From the NCBI GenBank assembly GCA_020536535.1, contig JAHLWZ010000518.1:1-64000 (forward strand): a stretch of 64,000 nucleotides of DNA, read 5' to 3'. This stretch comes from Pelomyxa schiedti. Taxonomy: Eukaryota; Protista; Evosea. Under the pieces are notes generated by a model, which saw nothing but the letters and a program-made list of their open reading frames with translations, was not told the origin of the DNA and searched no databases. Positions 20,934-35,200 of this stretch are shown here, piece by piece; position 1 is the first letter of the stretch; every line of letters starts with the position of its first letter. Both the position numbers and the translations under genes were made by a program.

Positions 20934-23322
20934 TCAGTGCGAGTAGTAGTAAGGTTTATAGAGCATTGTGAACTGGTCGAGAGCATCCCAGAACTTCTCG
21001 AAGGCGGCATTGTCAAGGTGCCTCTTGGTTTTATTTATCTTTCAAGACTTAGTTCACTTAAGGTATTTGGTTGGACCTACCGTAAGAATCAGTACATCCC
21101 AAGCTTTTATGAGTGGAGGAATGGTCTCGTCATCGAAGCGAAGGAAGAAACCTCTCACTAAAGAAAGAGTTTAATAGATGAGACTGGAGTTGCGGAAGTA
21201 ACCAACCATGCTTCAATATATCGGCAACAGAACCCCATTTCCAGCCATTGAACTCCCAATTGTTCCCCATTACAAATACAGCAACAATTCGGTCCCTGTT
21301 ATTTGTGGGTTTCTTGTGAATTACTTACTATTGGTTTTTTACTAACCAGTCATTCACTGTGATTTTTGCTATTGTATCATACACAGCATATTTGACAGGT
21401 ATCAACTTTCCTTTCCTTCGCTCCACTTCGAGCATACTCGGCTTTCGTTGTCCATCCAGGCGGAGTTTGTCAGAACTCATCCATCTGACAGTGAATTGTA
21501 TTTAGCAGGTGATGGCATCTGAAAGTGCTTACATACTCTCCTTCCTGCAAAAACGTTTTCGCATTGTATAAGGTGATTGGACATGTTCGGAGATTGGGCA
21601 CAATGATAATTGGTGGACCTAGGAAAAAAAAATCAGTTATGTATTTCCATTTTGTGTAAGATGAGGTCATACCATTCGGCCTGGCAGATGGCGTTTTGGT
21701 GAGAGGCGAAGGAGGAGGCCTTGTTGTGAGATTGCCACTTGGTCTTGTTGAAGATGTAGTAGCCGATGTTACCGCGGTTGAAGGGGGTGGAAGTGGTGAC
21801 GATTGTGGGGGAGGGGGAGGAGGTATAGCCTCGTCCAGTGGTTTAATCTTGGTGACTTCCGGAAGGGACTCGATATCTTACATTAAAGTTTTGTGCCAAA
21901 TTGCACAGGAGGGACCTTTTACCTGCCTGTTTTGGCTTGCCATCGACCCAACTGGGGTGGTTTCTGTTGTTGGCAGCTCTCTGTGAATGCCTTGCCTTCT
22001 TTGGGTCTGATTCATGTTTCATCATGTACCCCAGAGGAATAAAAATGTTTCCAAACTTCATAACTTATTGATTTGGGTTGTGACTTGCGAGGTAGTACCT
22101 GCTTTGTTGACTGGAAGATTGAAACACGAGTCCGTGCAAGGCACTCACGTTCTGTTATGTCCCTTGTAACAGGAGCATCTGCTTCCACGAATGCCCCTGT
22201 TTCCTGGTGTGGACAAGACCCAAGTCAGAAAACACATACTCAATTTTCAAGAGGTATACCTGCATTTCTGATTGCATGAGTGCATCATCATCAGGCACAG
22301 CAATTTTTTGCTCCCTTTGTTTTCGCCATCGACTGCGTACATCCTTTAATTTGTCTTCATTCAGTCCAAATGCTTCCAGATCCCTTTGCAAAACAATCAA
22401 TTGATGAAAAGGCAGCAGGAAAAAGGATGCTCACACAGATGCGGTTTGCTGCTGTGCCTGTGACAAAGATTTCTTGGCTGCTGTTGTTGTGACTTCACGT
22501 TGATCTAGCTTTTGAGCCAGTTTGGCCTTTTCGGCCATGAGTTTTTCATTCCAGACAATATCTGGTGCCTTGTGTTGTGGGGAAAATTGACCCATTTGAG
22601 TGAGGAAAATATTGATGAACAAGACTCACAGTTGGTTGTGGCCGCAAAATTGGTGCAGATGGCTTTGTAGTTGTGGGGACAGGAATTACAGGAGTTACAG
22701 TTTTTGATTTCTGCACAAAATAAGTACTGTGTTCATGCTTCATAGTGAAAAGATTGATTGAAATCTACTGTGATTAGTGTGCATGTGTCTTTTTTCCCAG
22801 TGAGATATGCAACAATTTGAAGGAAATCTCCAATATTAACTGGAGGAATCCCTTTCTGGTGGCATTGCAGTGTATATTGAGGATATGACAGGGAACTATT
22901 CTTTGCAACAAACCACAACACTTATTTACAGTAAGATGCAAGTTAATTTCTTTTTTTTTGAAAAAAAAAAAAAAAAGGGCACACCTTCCAAAGTGTAGTA
23001 GGTCCCAAGCTCCTTTGACGATGCACAGTTTGTCTCAATTGACCTCTGGAACCTCAGACCATCACTGAACACAAAACAGTCACCATCCAGTGTGACTTCA
23101 TCCCCTGGTGTTTTTTTGGTGATTAATTGTCCCATTATCCCACGTTCGTTTTGTCGTTAAAATGCACCATTAAATCAGCACAAGCAAACGCAGGATAGAT
23201 TGATAACGCGTTACGCAAACCTACAACAAGAAAAAACAACCAACCAAACTAGCAGTCTCACGTAGATCTCACGCCCACACACCTGACATGACCGAGTTAC
23301 GCAGCAGAGAAAGAGGGTCCAT
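20934..23322 (-). CDS. CDC73: Parafibromin / CDC73 (PAF1 complex)
   Basis: N-terminal 'MDPLSLLR', 'YYTLE'; C-terminal 'PIIIVP...ITLYNAKTFLQEG', 'DWDRIVAVFVMG..WEFNGWKW', 'KRHLD...FWDALD'. Confidence 0.92.
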
Positions 23323-23422
23323 CTCGTCGTCGTATTATTATTTGATTTGATTGCATCTTTTGGTTTCCGGTTAAGTCGTTCAAGATGACCGTAAGGAGAG
23401 TGACCTGTTTCCCCGGACACAA

Positions 23423-24586
23423 ATGGACCTTTCGGAGGTGCCCGTGGGTGCGCCGAGGCCGATGCCACCGGCCGACCACGTTGCGTGGGCGCGGGATCAA
23501 TTCATTGCGTGGTGCTCGGGCGGAATTGTGGGACGTTGCGGGCCGCTGTCGCCGGTGCGCGGGCTCCCGCTGCACGTGCTGTGCTACGAGATAGGCAGGA
23601 ACTGGGTCATGGGTGTGGCCGTGGGCGTGGCCGTGGGGTCGAGCCAGCTACATCGGGAGGCGCTGTGGTTCGTGGCGGTGTCGCACACGCTGGGAGTCGT
23701 CGCGATCGAGCGCGAGAAGAACGGGGCCACGACATTTAATTATGGGTGGGTGGGCGTCCACCGCATGGCAACCTGCCTCCATGGCCCTGGTGGTGCCCGT
23801 CACTCAGCCATTCTCGACACAGAAACAACGACTGTGGTGGCCAAGTGGGAATCAAACCAGAACAGCCGTTCGGCGGTCGTGAGCAACGAAAAGTGGCAGG
23901 CTGTCTACTCAGACCGCAAAAGAGCAGTTGCAATTTGGCGAAAACCACTCGTGTCAGAAACCAACACGGGAGGAAGAGCGTATGACGTGAAGAGCGTGTC
24001 CCCTGATGATGGTGCTTATGTAGACTGGATTGACCTCCTTTACACAGGCAATGGCAACATGGCCGCCGTTTCAGTGGTGATGAGAGGAAGAACTCGTGCT
24101 CTGTGGTTTGTTGACTTGGAGACAACCCACAAACAAGGTGCGTTTTCCATCACTCAGGAGTTCCGCGTGGAGGTCTGCGAGGACGTGTATTGGTCCGACC
24201 AGCACGGATTCATTGGTGCACCCCAGCTTTGCCAACTATCAGGCCGCCACATATTTCCACAAAAGGATCACTATTTCCTGATGACTGTTGAAACAAACAA
24301 AGTGAAGAGGCGTTGCACATCAAAGCCGGGCAAAGTTGACAAGAGCCACTTCTACGAGGTTTCTTGCGCAGCCGGAACTGTGAGTGTGTTCGCTGCGAAT
24401 GACGAAGTTCCCTGCCGTGTGTTCCACCTGGGCAATGACCGCAGCTTCAAGCTCTGGCATGGGCTGATTGCATTCCAAGGAGAGGACCGCATTGACCTTG
24501 TCGATGCTGTCACTGGACGTTGGTTGTGGTACCTGCCTGTGCCTATGCAGGATTTCATGTACGACCTCCAATTCAACTCTTTCTGA
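23423..24586 (+). CDS. Intronless member of a lineage-expanded hypothetical family (beta-rich)
   Basis: 387-aa ORF with N-terminal 'ARDQFIA...GRCG..SPVR.LP...EIGRNWVM'. A decayed paralog lies at ~52540-53010. Confidence 0.75.
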   Translation: MDLSEVPVGAPRPMPPADHVAWARDQFIAWCSGGIVGRCGPLSPVRGLPLHVLCYEIGRNWVMGVAVGVAVGSSQLHREALWFVAVSHTLGVVAIEREKNGATTFNYGWVGVHRMATCLHGPGGARHSAILDTETTTVVAKWESNQNSRSAVVSNEKWQAVYSDRKRAVAIWRKPLVSETNTGGRAYDVKSVSPDDGAYVDWIDLLYTGNGNMAAVSVVMRGRTRALWFVDLETTHKQGAFSITQEFRVEVCEDVYWSDQHGFIGAPQLCQLSGRHIFPQKDHYFLMTVETNKVKRRCTSKPGKVDKSHFYEVSCAAGTVSVFAANDEVPCRVFHLGNDRSFKLWHGLIAFQGEDRIDLVDAVTGRWLWYLPVPMQDFMYDLQFNSF

Positions 24587-24633
24587 CAAGTGACCTGGTT
24601 TTGTGTCTTTGCCAAAAAACAATTTTGTTGATT

Positions 24634-25964
24634 TTACACGGGAGCTCCATTGGCGCCAACAGAGGCGGGTTGGTCTTCGGTGGCGGTGTGAGCTACTGCC
24701 TTTGCTTCGTTGTATGTCAGGAGTGCCTGTGTTTTTTTGTTTTGGAGGGGGAATCATGAGAACGCCAATGGCCAATGGCATTGGTACAACGACGAGTCCT
24801 GTGGCGACGAGAAGCGAGCCCAGTATCTGCATAATGTTTGGAACCATGTGCAGGAAAATAGCCGACAGCCCAACGGTGAGCACCGGGAGTGCCAATAAGA
24901 ATACTGAAGCCACCATGGCATTGCTTAACCAAATGCCTAGAGTGATACCGACATATGCTACGGATGTTCCAAAAAAAGCAGCGTATATTCTTGATTGAAT
25001 GGGTAAGTCAAGCCAGTCAATACAAGGTAGATACATGCTCAGCCATGCAAGTGGAGACACCTTGGCGAGGCCTTTGATTGCATCCCAATCATGTAGTAGG
25101 CAGGAACACAGTACATGTGCCGAAACTAGCGGTATTCCATATATGAAGGTCCACATTGTTAGAGCAACAGGCCTCACATATTCCAAAATATGTTTTTGCA
25201 TGATGTAGTACAGAGAGAAAAATATGGAATTGAACACTAAGTATCTACGAGGAATAGTTAAACCACAGAGGAAATGTATTGCTGATCTTACATAATCCCA
25301 AGGGCATAATAACTGCTAGGATGTAACAATCCGAAAGAAGATGCAGCGGCCTCTGCCTTTCCATATATCGCTACAAGGAGGCACCCTACAATGGAAACAG
25401 CCAGAATAAAGACGCTCACAAACGAAAATTTCTCCTGCCCGATGCCTGTTATGAATGAGTGCCTTATATTCTTTGGTACAACGTACAAAGAAGTACAACA
25501 AGAGTGCAAGCTGGTACCACTGTATCAAATATCGCTCCTATTACGGGTGTTGTGTATCTTAAACCCTCGATATAGAGAATTTGGCTTGCAGAAACACCGA
25601 ACTTGAGGATAGTATGTAAGCCACTGTGTTTTAAAGAGGTACCCTACATACACACAGTTGCAAGAATGAAGAACTGCAAGTGAAGTCTCCATGTGCCTAC
25701 TGGCGGCTCTTGGAGGGCCTTGTCATTCAAAAACTGCCTCTCTAATAGGACCAGAGGTAGCAGCGCTGGTATTGCTAGAACTGTTCTTATCAACAAAAAC
25801 ACTGATGGAGCTATTTCTGAAATTCCACCAAAAGTGACAATCTAATTGAGTTGGAAATGGCTATAAAGCAGAAAGAGCTGAACGTTGTTCCCAGCCATGA
25901 GAGACTCAGCAAACGTGAATAGTAACCCCACTACCACAACCCTTTGCCACTGTTTCAAAAGCAT
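24634..25964 (-). CDS. EamA/DMT-superfamily transporter
   Basis: About 10 hydrophobic segments across exons; motifs 'GQEKFS', 'FGTSVAY', 'PVLTVGLSAIFL', 'QILGSLLVATGL'. Start is approximate. Confidence 0.75.
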
Positions 25965-26216
25965 CTTCGTGTCCTCCAAGATCTCAGCAATAGCAATCTC
26001 CTCTATTTACTAGTTCCAACCGTCCGGTCTGGCTCCCACCCCATGTCATCCTTATTAATCTTCGAATAATGAAATAAAAACACGTGTCATTTGTTAGTAC
26101 CATCAAATAGATTGAAGCATTGGTTGCCCTGCGGGGGTGCCAATTTTTTCGTTCGTTCCATCACAGAACGAAACAACCCCAAATCTTGAAAAAAAGCAAA
26201 GTACACACATACTACG

Positions 26217-29200
26217 ATGTCCACCACGGGACCCTTGGCTGTGCCTGTATTACCGAATGCAGTGTCTTCGTCACAGCCCGGAAACACGACAGTGGTGGGT
26301 ACATCTCAAATGCCCGCGCTAGGTCCTGCCGTAATTACTGTCCCCCAGGCTCAGCTCGTTCAACAACCGGCAGTTTCTACGTCTACGCCGACGGCTATGC
26401 CTGTACTTCCGCAGGTGTCTGTAAGCGGCATGGCGCCGCGCGGCCCCTTGCCTCCGTTAGTACCCACACAAATGCCCATGTTCACGGCTTCAGCTGTTCC
26501 TGGTGTCTCTCAATTTGGCAGTGCAATGCAACAACCACGAGTGGTGTATGTGACACAGCAACCTGGTGCTCTGCCTCAACAGGCGCGTGCGATGTACGTC
26601 ATTCAACCACAGCAGCTGAGTCGAAACCCACTACAAGTAGGACCTGCAGTGTTACCAACATTGCCACAGACAGGACCGTTGACTACTAGTTTACCACTTC
26701 TTCCACCCCAACCTATGCAAAGCTCCACCATCCAGATGGTGCAAGCACAACCTCAAGTACTTTCAATTGTACCACAACCTCAACTACTGCCAACCTCAGC
26801 CACTCCTAATATGCCCTCATTTTTGCCGGCTCAACAAAGCATGGTGGTTGTGCAAGGGGTTCAATCCCAACAAACTTCTCACATTGTTGTTCCAACAATG
26901 CCAGGGATTCCCCAGAACTTTGCACTTTCTTCATCACCATCACTTGTGGTGTCGCAACGCAGCAGCCCACAACCCCTCAGTCAATCATATGATGGTGTTC
27001 TTCAGTTGCAATTACCTCTCTTTTGTAATGGTTCTTGTAGTTGTGGAAGTAGATCTTGATAAGTTACTGTCCTTTTCTAGCTCTGCTGATCCAATAAGTG
27101 TTGACTCACTCTTTGAGTCACTGGATAGCAAACTTCCTGCGGTTTGATGATGAACTCCCACATTCTCATTTATATACTTTACAGTTGTTGGAGACAAAAC
27201 ATTGTGATACAGCACGACTTAGTAAAAAAATACAGAGTACATGCTCTTTAGCTGTTCAACATTCCTCTACAATGGCATACAAAACAACCTTGTAGTGCTG
27301 TTCTACCCACAAAATTTAATTAAGCTCTGTACAGGGATCTTCAAATACAAGGGCTTGTATCAGGGATGTGGACCGTCACCACAGAGCATAGGACAGCTTC
27401 TGGAGTTTGTGGTTGTGGGCATACGGTCAGCCACACGTAAGCTGGTACCAATGGTACCTGAATTAAATTCCACGTTTCACTTAGGTATCATTACAACTGG
27501 ACTAGTGTTAATGAAACTGTTGTTGGCCAAGCTAGTGCAAAAATCAAAGAGTTGCATGACCACATATTTAGGTGCTCTACTGCTTACAGTTGCACCTCAT
27601 TTAGTAACTACCTTGAAGGCCTGTTTTTTTGAGTTTGTATGAAGAGACTATGCAAGAACTAGCTTTATCCCTGTTTCTTGCTCGCGTGTCAACATCTCTT
27701 AAAGAAGATACACCTCTCCTTCGGTCTGTCCTGTCAGTATTATTTGCAGCACTTCGTATTCAATTTCTTTATTTGGGCTTATCTTAAGGTCTTTTATTAG
27801 AAAGGGAAGATATTCAGCGGTTCCCTTATCTCACTACTGCTATCGAAAGCAGTATTGTTTCGCTTGGAGCAACACTTTCAGCACAGCATCCTCAAGATAA
27901 TCTACTTCTGCTAGATTCTTCATCCTCTCCAGAGACTGGAAGTCTTTTCTTACTGTCTAATTTACTGAAAGTGAATGGATTACATTGGGGATCTTCTCTT
28001 TTAGGGGTATTTATCCTATGCACCATAAGTATCAAAAGCATCACACCCCTTTGTTACAGGTAAGTGACTTAAAGCAGCTTGTGTACAGCAAAGGTCTTCA
28101 CTCAATCCTGAGTTATGCCCCAAGTTCCCTGGAGGAGCCGTTCTGTGCTTTCCTTTCTCAGCTAAAATGGCCTGATACCTCTCTCTTGAAGTCATTGCAC
28201 CTTCCAAAAGATTTCTATTTAACCTGTTTTCAGACCTGAGGACATAGAATCAATCCTACTGCCGCTATTGCAGGACTCGTTTGTTAAGTGCTTACAAGCA
28301 AGACACTTCCAGACGGCACTGTGGCTTGGCAAAATTATAACTGTAAATTCACTCAATCAAAAAATAGTTAACACAGCCCTCAGGTCATTGCCAACATTTT
28401 CCCGAAAGTCTCAATGACTTGCCTGCTCATCCTCACAAGATCTCCTTGGCCCTCCAAAATGTTGTGTTCTTCCTTGATTTCTATGTTCCCCTGGCACAAT
28501 GTGTCAGCGGAAAATTTAATTTCGGCGTTTGGAGAATTGTATGTCAAGTAACCTTACCGATACATTCTTATCTTCACCAGGTATCATCTCTTTGGTTTAC
28601 ATCCTGACCACTTTGCGGTGCAACCTCCTGCCAAGAAGAATGCACATAGAACTGTACGCTATTTAACAACCATACCATTCCTGAAACCAGACTACTAGGA
28701 ATTTGTGAACTTTCTTCTTAATCAAGAATCAGTTTTTCTTGCCTACAAGTTTGACCCGGTACTGTCAGCAGCTTTCTCTTACCCCAAGCATGGACAATTC
28801 CCCTTACTTTCCACGTTTTCCCAACTTGCACTTTGCTCAGCTTCAAGTACATAGATAGTCACTCCTTTCCAACACAGAATCTAATATACATTAAGTATCA
28901 GGACACAGCTTGCACAAAGTGATAATCAGTGAACTATTTTGGATGGCTTTTGTCTGCAATGACTCGAGCCCATTTGTCTACTTGAAAACTGAAGCCATGT
29001 TCCAAGTATGTTGCTGTTCACTGAAACACTGCTTTATTTTTCGTGTTACAGCTTGCTGTACTGGTGAAACTGAATCCAGCACTATTTTCTCTTATTATTG
29101 CTTCGATCGGAGGTTTTGCTCTCGACCTTCAGATAACAGTACTTATTTGTACCTGGTGTCAATGAAAGTTAATTTACTGCAGCCCATTTCTGCTTTTATT

Positions 29201-32200
29201 ACTCAACTTGGATCTGCATCTTGCTGTGGGTATTCCACATCGTCTACAGGCATTGTTTGGATTTCGCACTTCTTGGCTCACACACCTCCCCCACTCAATG
29301 AGCTCACTTTCACTGAGCCAATTAGTTCCCCTGCCATTACCTCGGCCAATATATCCACCTACCTTTTCCAACCAGCGGCAGGTCTAACACTAGCGGATAC
29401 AACTTAATCTCACTCTTATCTCAGTTCAAATGCAACCACAGATATCCTCACTTCTATGCAATATAGGGTGTCAAATTGTACAAGCAATTGATTGGTCCAA
29501 GTCTTGCAGCATTCACCGTTTTCAGGTCCTTCCTAGGCAGAACTAATTAGCATTAATGCATGTTAGGTGATATTATTAATTCTCGCAAGTGGGCAGTTTG
29601 TATCAAAAGAGTGGGTTTGCACATTTTTCTGCTCTATGGCAGGCTTGAAGTTATTTGAAGGTTCTCCATCAAAAAAATATTCCAGAATTACCAATATACT
29701 TCAGGGCCACACGATCCCCATTTTATAGATCAGTTGTTGCGGCTTAACCCCAGTGAGGTTGTATTTTACCCTCTGAATTGTCACTAACTTTTCGCAAAGA
29801 CTCTGTGCCCTTCCGAAGTTGACTTTGTACAGTCGTTACTATTGATGAACTTGTGTTCCTTTTACAGCAAAACAAAGACAGGACCCCAGTACTGTGTCCC
29901 TATTTCCCTATGTTTATTGACATTTTTCAGGCTAAATTCGGCCTGGCTAGCCCAGTCAGGCTTGTTTACGCGCCTAAAACAACTCTTTGTATTGAACAAG
30001 TCACAGCTGTTCCTTTTACTTCTCCCTTCCCTTGTGTCAGCAATTTCTGTGTGTTTGAGGCCAGAATGACCAAAAAAAGTCTAATATTTTTCAGGAGGAT
30101 CCCTCTTTGTGCATGAATGACTTGGAACTGTTGGTAAATAGTCTGCCCCAAGCAGAATCCCTCTGGGAACCTCTTTCCAAATCACTGAGTTCCTTGGATC
30201 AAGATGCAAAGAGTTTAGTGTGGGCAAGACTTTTATGCAAGATGGTAAGCTTCAGCTGTTTTTTTTTATGATCAACAACTCCCAGAGCCAATTACATCCA
30301 AATCCACCTTATATAACGATGTTGGAAACTCTGCTTCTGTCATTATTTAAAAAAGGGACTCTCTCATCTTTAGCACAAAATCTGCGACCCTTTGTAGCAG
30401 GAAAGACAAAAGAAGAAATTATCACACTTTCAAAGCAGAATTGTATTTCCTTATTTTCACAATCTCAAATTTAAACCTTCGTTATTGGCAGTTATTTGTA
30501 CCGCATTGCTCTTTTTACTTCTCCGTGACAACGTAGTTCCTTCACCAAATGCTGTTGCATTAAATGACGTACTTTTTCTGCCACACTTACACTTGATTGA
30601 AAACCTACAGATTTCAATTAAAGAAACTTCCCTTTACGTTCTCTGTGAGATATGCAAGGAACTCAAATCTGACATTCGGGTAGAACCGTGTAGAAATTCT
30701 GTCACATACACTTATTTCTTCCTCAGGCAATACCATTTTATGATCTTTTGTGGCCCTTGTATTTCCAATTTTCGGATCGAGGAGGCTAGTGAAGTTAGCT
30801 TACATTCCTGCATTTATTTCCTGCAGAACTTCTCGACATAGAAATGAAGACATCACTGGGCACATTGTGGGCCGAAAACTCACAAGTATGGAATGCAAAT
30901 AGGCAGTTATCAGATATGTTTGACTCTTTCTTAACCTGGAAAAGAGAAACAATTTTGTACGCCTCAATCCCAATTTGGGCACCCAACAAAATTTAAATAT
31001 TCTAGGAAGCAAGGACGACTTCCACAGGAATCCCTTCTGTGCTTTACCTCAATTGCCCGGTCTCCTATTCCTATTTCCCCCCCCTCAAGTAGTTCGCAAG
31101 TCGATGTAATTCCCCCACAAGTCCTCATCCAAAAAGGTTTTCTCTAGAACCTTTACCATGAAAATGTTTGACAAAACTGCAGGGAAAGAAGTTTTAGAGT
31201 TATTGCTCAAGAGTCTATCCATAAGCACTCTAGTACCCCAAGTCAAGAAACACCTTTCTCATTTAGAAAGAATTCTAATTACTGTGGATAACACTGTAAA
31301 AGCTATTAAAGCCTCTTCTCTGAATGAAGTACCTTTTTTTTTTTTTTTTTTGCCATAGAGCTAAGTAGCTAAACAATAGGTACAGTCCGACAATTATGGC
31401 GAAGGGATTCCACTTGTCAGGTGTCTCTATACCCTGATGGATCATTTCACTACTTTGAAAAAAAACCTACAAGTATTCATCAATAAAATTATAAAAGAAA
31501 ATAACCTCTGACAGCACTCTGACGAAGAATTGTTAAGTCTTGCTGCACACTTGTATACGAACTTAGAGCAACCATATTCAAGTTTTCTATTCATCCCTTT
31601 CTTTTATTTCCGTCTCTTAAAAAGTGAACAGTGGAAATTGAATGCACTACGAGGCCTTGCAAAGGCGCAGCTGTTTTAAAGTGCAGTAAATACAGTGCTT
31701 CAATGCAGTCGACTGAAAAGTATGGACCTTAGGAGAAAATTGTGACTAAGTCATCCATTTCCATATATATGTAGGGAAGCAATTAACAAGAATAGATCGC
31801 ATTTCACTTCTCTTTGCAATGATATCCGACATACATCTCGAAGTCTATCCTATGTTGTCTTTACTGTTTTGAAAGTTATCAAAAAATTCACTAAAGGTGG
31901 GCCGTTAGCACTCCCTTTCTTTCCCAATTTTCCTCCACAGACCCTAAACCCGGTTCTGAGTCATCTGCTATTCACCTCTTCTTCAACCTTGCTCCCTTAG
32001 CTCTTCAACAGACCACTCCCCCACACTCCCCCTTTTTTACTGATATTGTGACTGGATTGATGCAAATTGGCAACATGTATATTGCCAACAGGCCCCCGCA
32101 TCAAATGCGACTGCTGATGCTGATACTCCAACTTCGTCAAGGGTGTCCAGAATGTACATCTTTGAAGGTAGGGTTTCTTATGTTGCTGGTTTCCTCATTT

Positions 32201-35200
32201 TTCCAGGCAAAACCTTCCGAAACAGTGAGCACAACAAATTCTGGTGTGCGGTTCTTCAGTGAAGACCACCGAACCCTATTCCAACTGTTCACTCCATTAT
32301 GCTGTCTACAATCAACTGAAACGCGGTAAATATCTTGAGACTGTGTAAGAAAAGGGAGGGAAAATGGTAGTAATGAAAAAAAAAGGGACCAATTCTACTT
32401 GCTCATAGAAGCGTTTGTGGGAGCTTCAAACCAGCTCGCTAACAGTGATAATTTGGCTCTTTCTGCCAGATTTGAAATATCTTCAGAAATCCATGTAGGC
32501 TATTCCTTATGCAGGTTCCCCTATCTAATCCATTTCATCTAAGTTGGATTTTGATGACCACTTGGCTACCACTTTATTGTCCCTCTTTCCATCAATCCTC
32601 CACAAGGAGTACTTCGATCCTTTATCTGCATCACTGTTACAAGCAATCGCCATGGTAAAAACAAGTCTAAACAAGCTCTGGATTTATTTTCTCTAGTTCC
32701 ATTTCCCCCAACGCCTGCCTGCCGTAATTCATGCTCTGTTTTCAGCACCCAAGAGCAATGTCACTGACATGGTTTTGGCCCATATAGATTGGGATAAAAT
32801 TGATCTTCAAAGTGCTTCCGATTTAATCGCACAACTTTCATTGTCATTGTCAAGTCCAACTCAATCAGCCAATGACACCCTTGTTAATGTTGCAAGGTAC
32901 CTATCAGTTTTATTATTTATTGTGACCTTCACAAGAAAGATATTTACTTCAAAAGTCTATATGGAAGCCATTTCAAGCAGTGTTTCTCATGGAATATCCG
33001 CCTCTAATGTGACTGGAAGTTTTCCGGGGGTCACTGAAGTGATGCAATTCATCCAAAATTGCCTGACCTCAAAATCGATGGTACAACTTCATAAGAAAAA
33101 AAAAAAAGTCACCAAGCCCAGGCGACCACGGGAGTTGTACAGAGCATTACCTCGCTCTTGCAGTCTGTTTTCTGTGGGGCTCCTGCTCTGCTTCAATGTT
33201 TTTGGCAATTCCTCTACAGTGTTGTTATTCCCTCTTTGAGTGGAACCTCGGCAGGTAGCAACTTAATTCTCCTTCCGTGGGGTCACTTCCCCTACTAGAT
33301 CAGACACAACCATGGATTTGCCTTATCCGGAATATTCCAGCAGAGCTGTGGTCTAAAGTAGGTTCACAAACTGGATCTTTTAACTTTTTTCCGTTTTTGA
33401 GGAAGTAAAAGGTTTCCTTCCATCATAAAGAAGAAGTCATATCTCAGATGATTGATCTTCTCTTTATCAATCCAGTAGTGTCCTGGCTCTTTTCGTATCC
33501 TACTGACATTAGAACAGGACTACGCAAGGATTGTTATTGAACTGTTTGCCACTCTTGATTGGGAATTATTCCTCTCATCCCTTCCATTTGCCCCAGCTCA
33601 AGTAGCAAAGGAGGCACCGCATCCACCTGTCATTCTTTTGGGTTCGTTTGCGTGCTTGTCTTCAAGTTAATTTTCTGCAGAACAACTTTTTGGCGGGACA
33701 GGCCATCAATCAACAACCCTGTCTTCTGCAGCTTCCAACACTGCACCACTCATTCACCTAGACGAGCTCCCTCCCACCTCATCAACCTCCACATCAGCCT
33801 TTATGACAACTTCAACAAATCCAACAACTCCGGTTGACGTTACTCCTTCTGCATTTATGCCCTCTTCAACAGCAACTCAACCTTCGGTGGCACAAACATC
33901 TTTAATAGACATTTCTACTTCTGAAACTCAACCCACACATACCACAACCTCAGCAGCACTTACCCAAACTACCACAGTGAACACAACTCCGAGTTCAGCA
34001 CCAGCGGGCGCCTATCACAATGAATCCAAATTACTTCTAGCATTCCTCAAGCTTTTTATTAGCGTGTATCTGCTTCATGTGTGTACCTTCATCTTTATTG
34101 ATTAATAGCTGGAAGTAATTATGCAATAGCCAGATGCCATTTCCAAACAGCTTATCCTTAAATTATGCAATCCACGCAAAAATGGACGGCTGGTGGAATG
34201 GTGGCGTGTAGAAATGGACTCCTTCTCATCATTTTTTGACTCTTCACTTCTGCTTCGATTAGTGAAAGGTAATGGGTTTTCCTATCTTTGTTAGTGATGT
34301 CTCGCACTTATCTATGTAGCGCCTACTATGCTTAAAGACCCATCTGGAGGCATTGTGGATATGGCTAAACTGCTTCATGATGTTGCAGTTGAGTCGAGAT
34401 CCCCATATGTTGTGTGCACAGCGGTACAAGAAGCCAGAAATGTCATGTTTCTCCTTTTGAAGAGCACTTTCAACCAAAGTTTTCCCCACAGAAGATATTT
34501 CACATGTAACAAAATAAATAAGAAATGTGGAACCTTGGTTTGGCGGATCATACAGGGCTAATGCGTGACGTAATGCTTCCTCTTGTCAGATTCCTGGGCA
34601 CACTTGCTCATCTACCCCAATCACAACCAATTTTCCCCAAGGTTTTCCCTTATGTAGGGCACTATTCTGTTTTTGATTATTGGTTTGTTTTTGAAACAGG
34701 TATTACAGTCTATACTCTCTTGTCTTGAAATCCCCTTATCTGAACCAATTCTGGCTCCTGCACCTTTTGCCAAATCCGAGGTATGATTTCCTGGTTTTTT
34801 TTTGAAATAACAAGCTGCAGACGGGTGAGTTATGCCCTGGGCCTCCATTACAGACATTGGAAAAGAAATTATCTGGACTGATACTTCAGTTTTGTGCATC
34901 ATGTACACCAGAAACAGCTTTGCAGATTCTATCTTCAGGCGCTGAGTGTGTGGTGGGTTTAAGCACTTTGGTGACTCTACTGGAGGAGACCTTGCGGTCA
35001 TATTTCACCCAGAGCGAATCTGAAAATGCCGTAAATACTGCTGCTACTGCATTCAGACCACCTCCCGTGTCCTTAGATGGCTTTGCCCTGGTTTTCCCAA
35101 TTTGTTTTATTCTGACCTTATAAGTTTCGTCAATTAGGCGTGCAGTGACAATCATACTGCGTTAACTCTGTATATATATCTCGATCAACAACGCAGGGGT

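Noticed and set aside
20937-21174. Plus-strand short ORFs
   Set aside because: Antisense to the last CDC73 exons.
24320-24633. EamA ORF apparently overlapping the upstream family gene
   Set aside because: A final intron shifts the frame and the gene stops at 24634.
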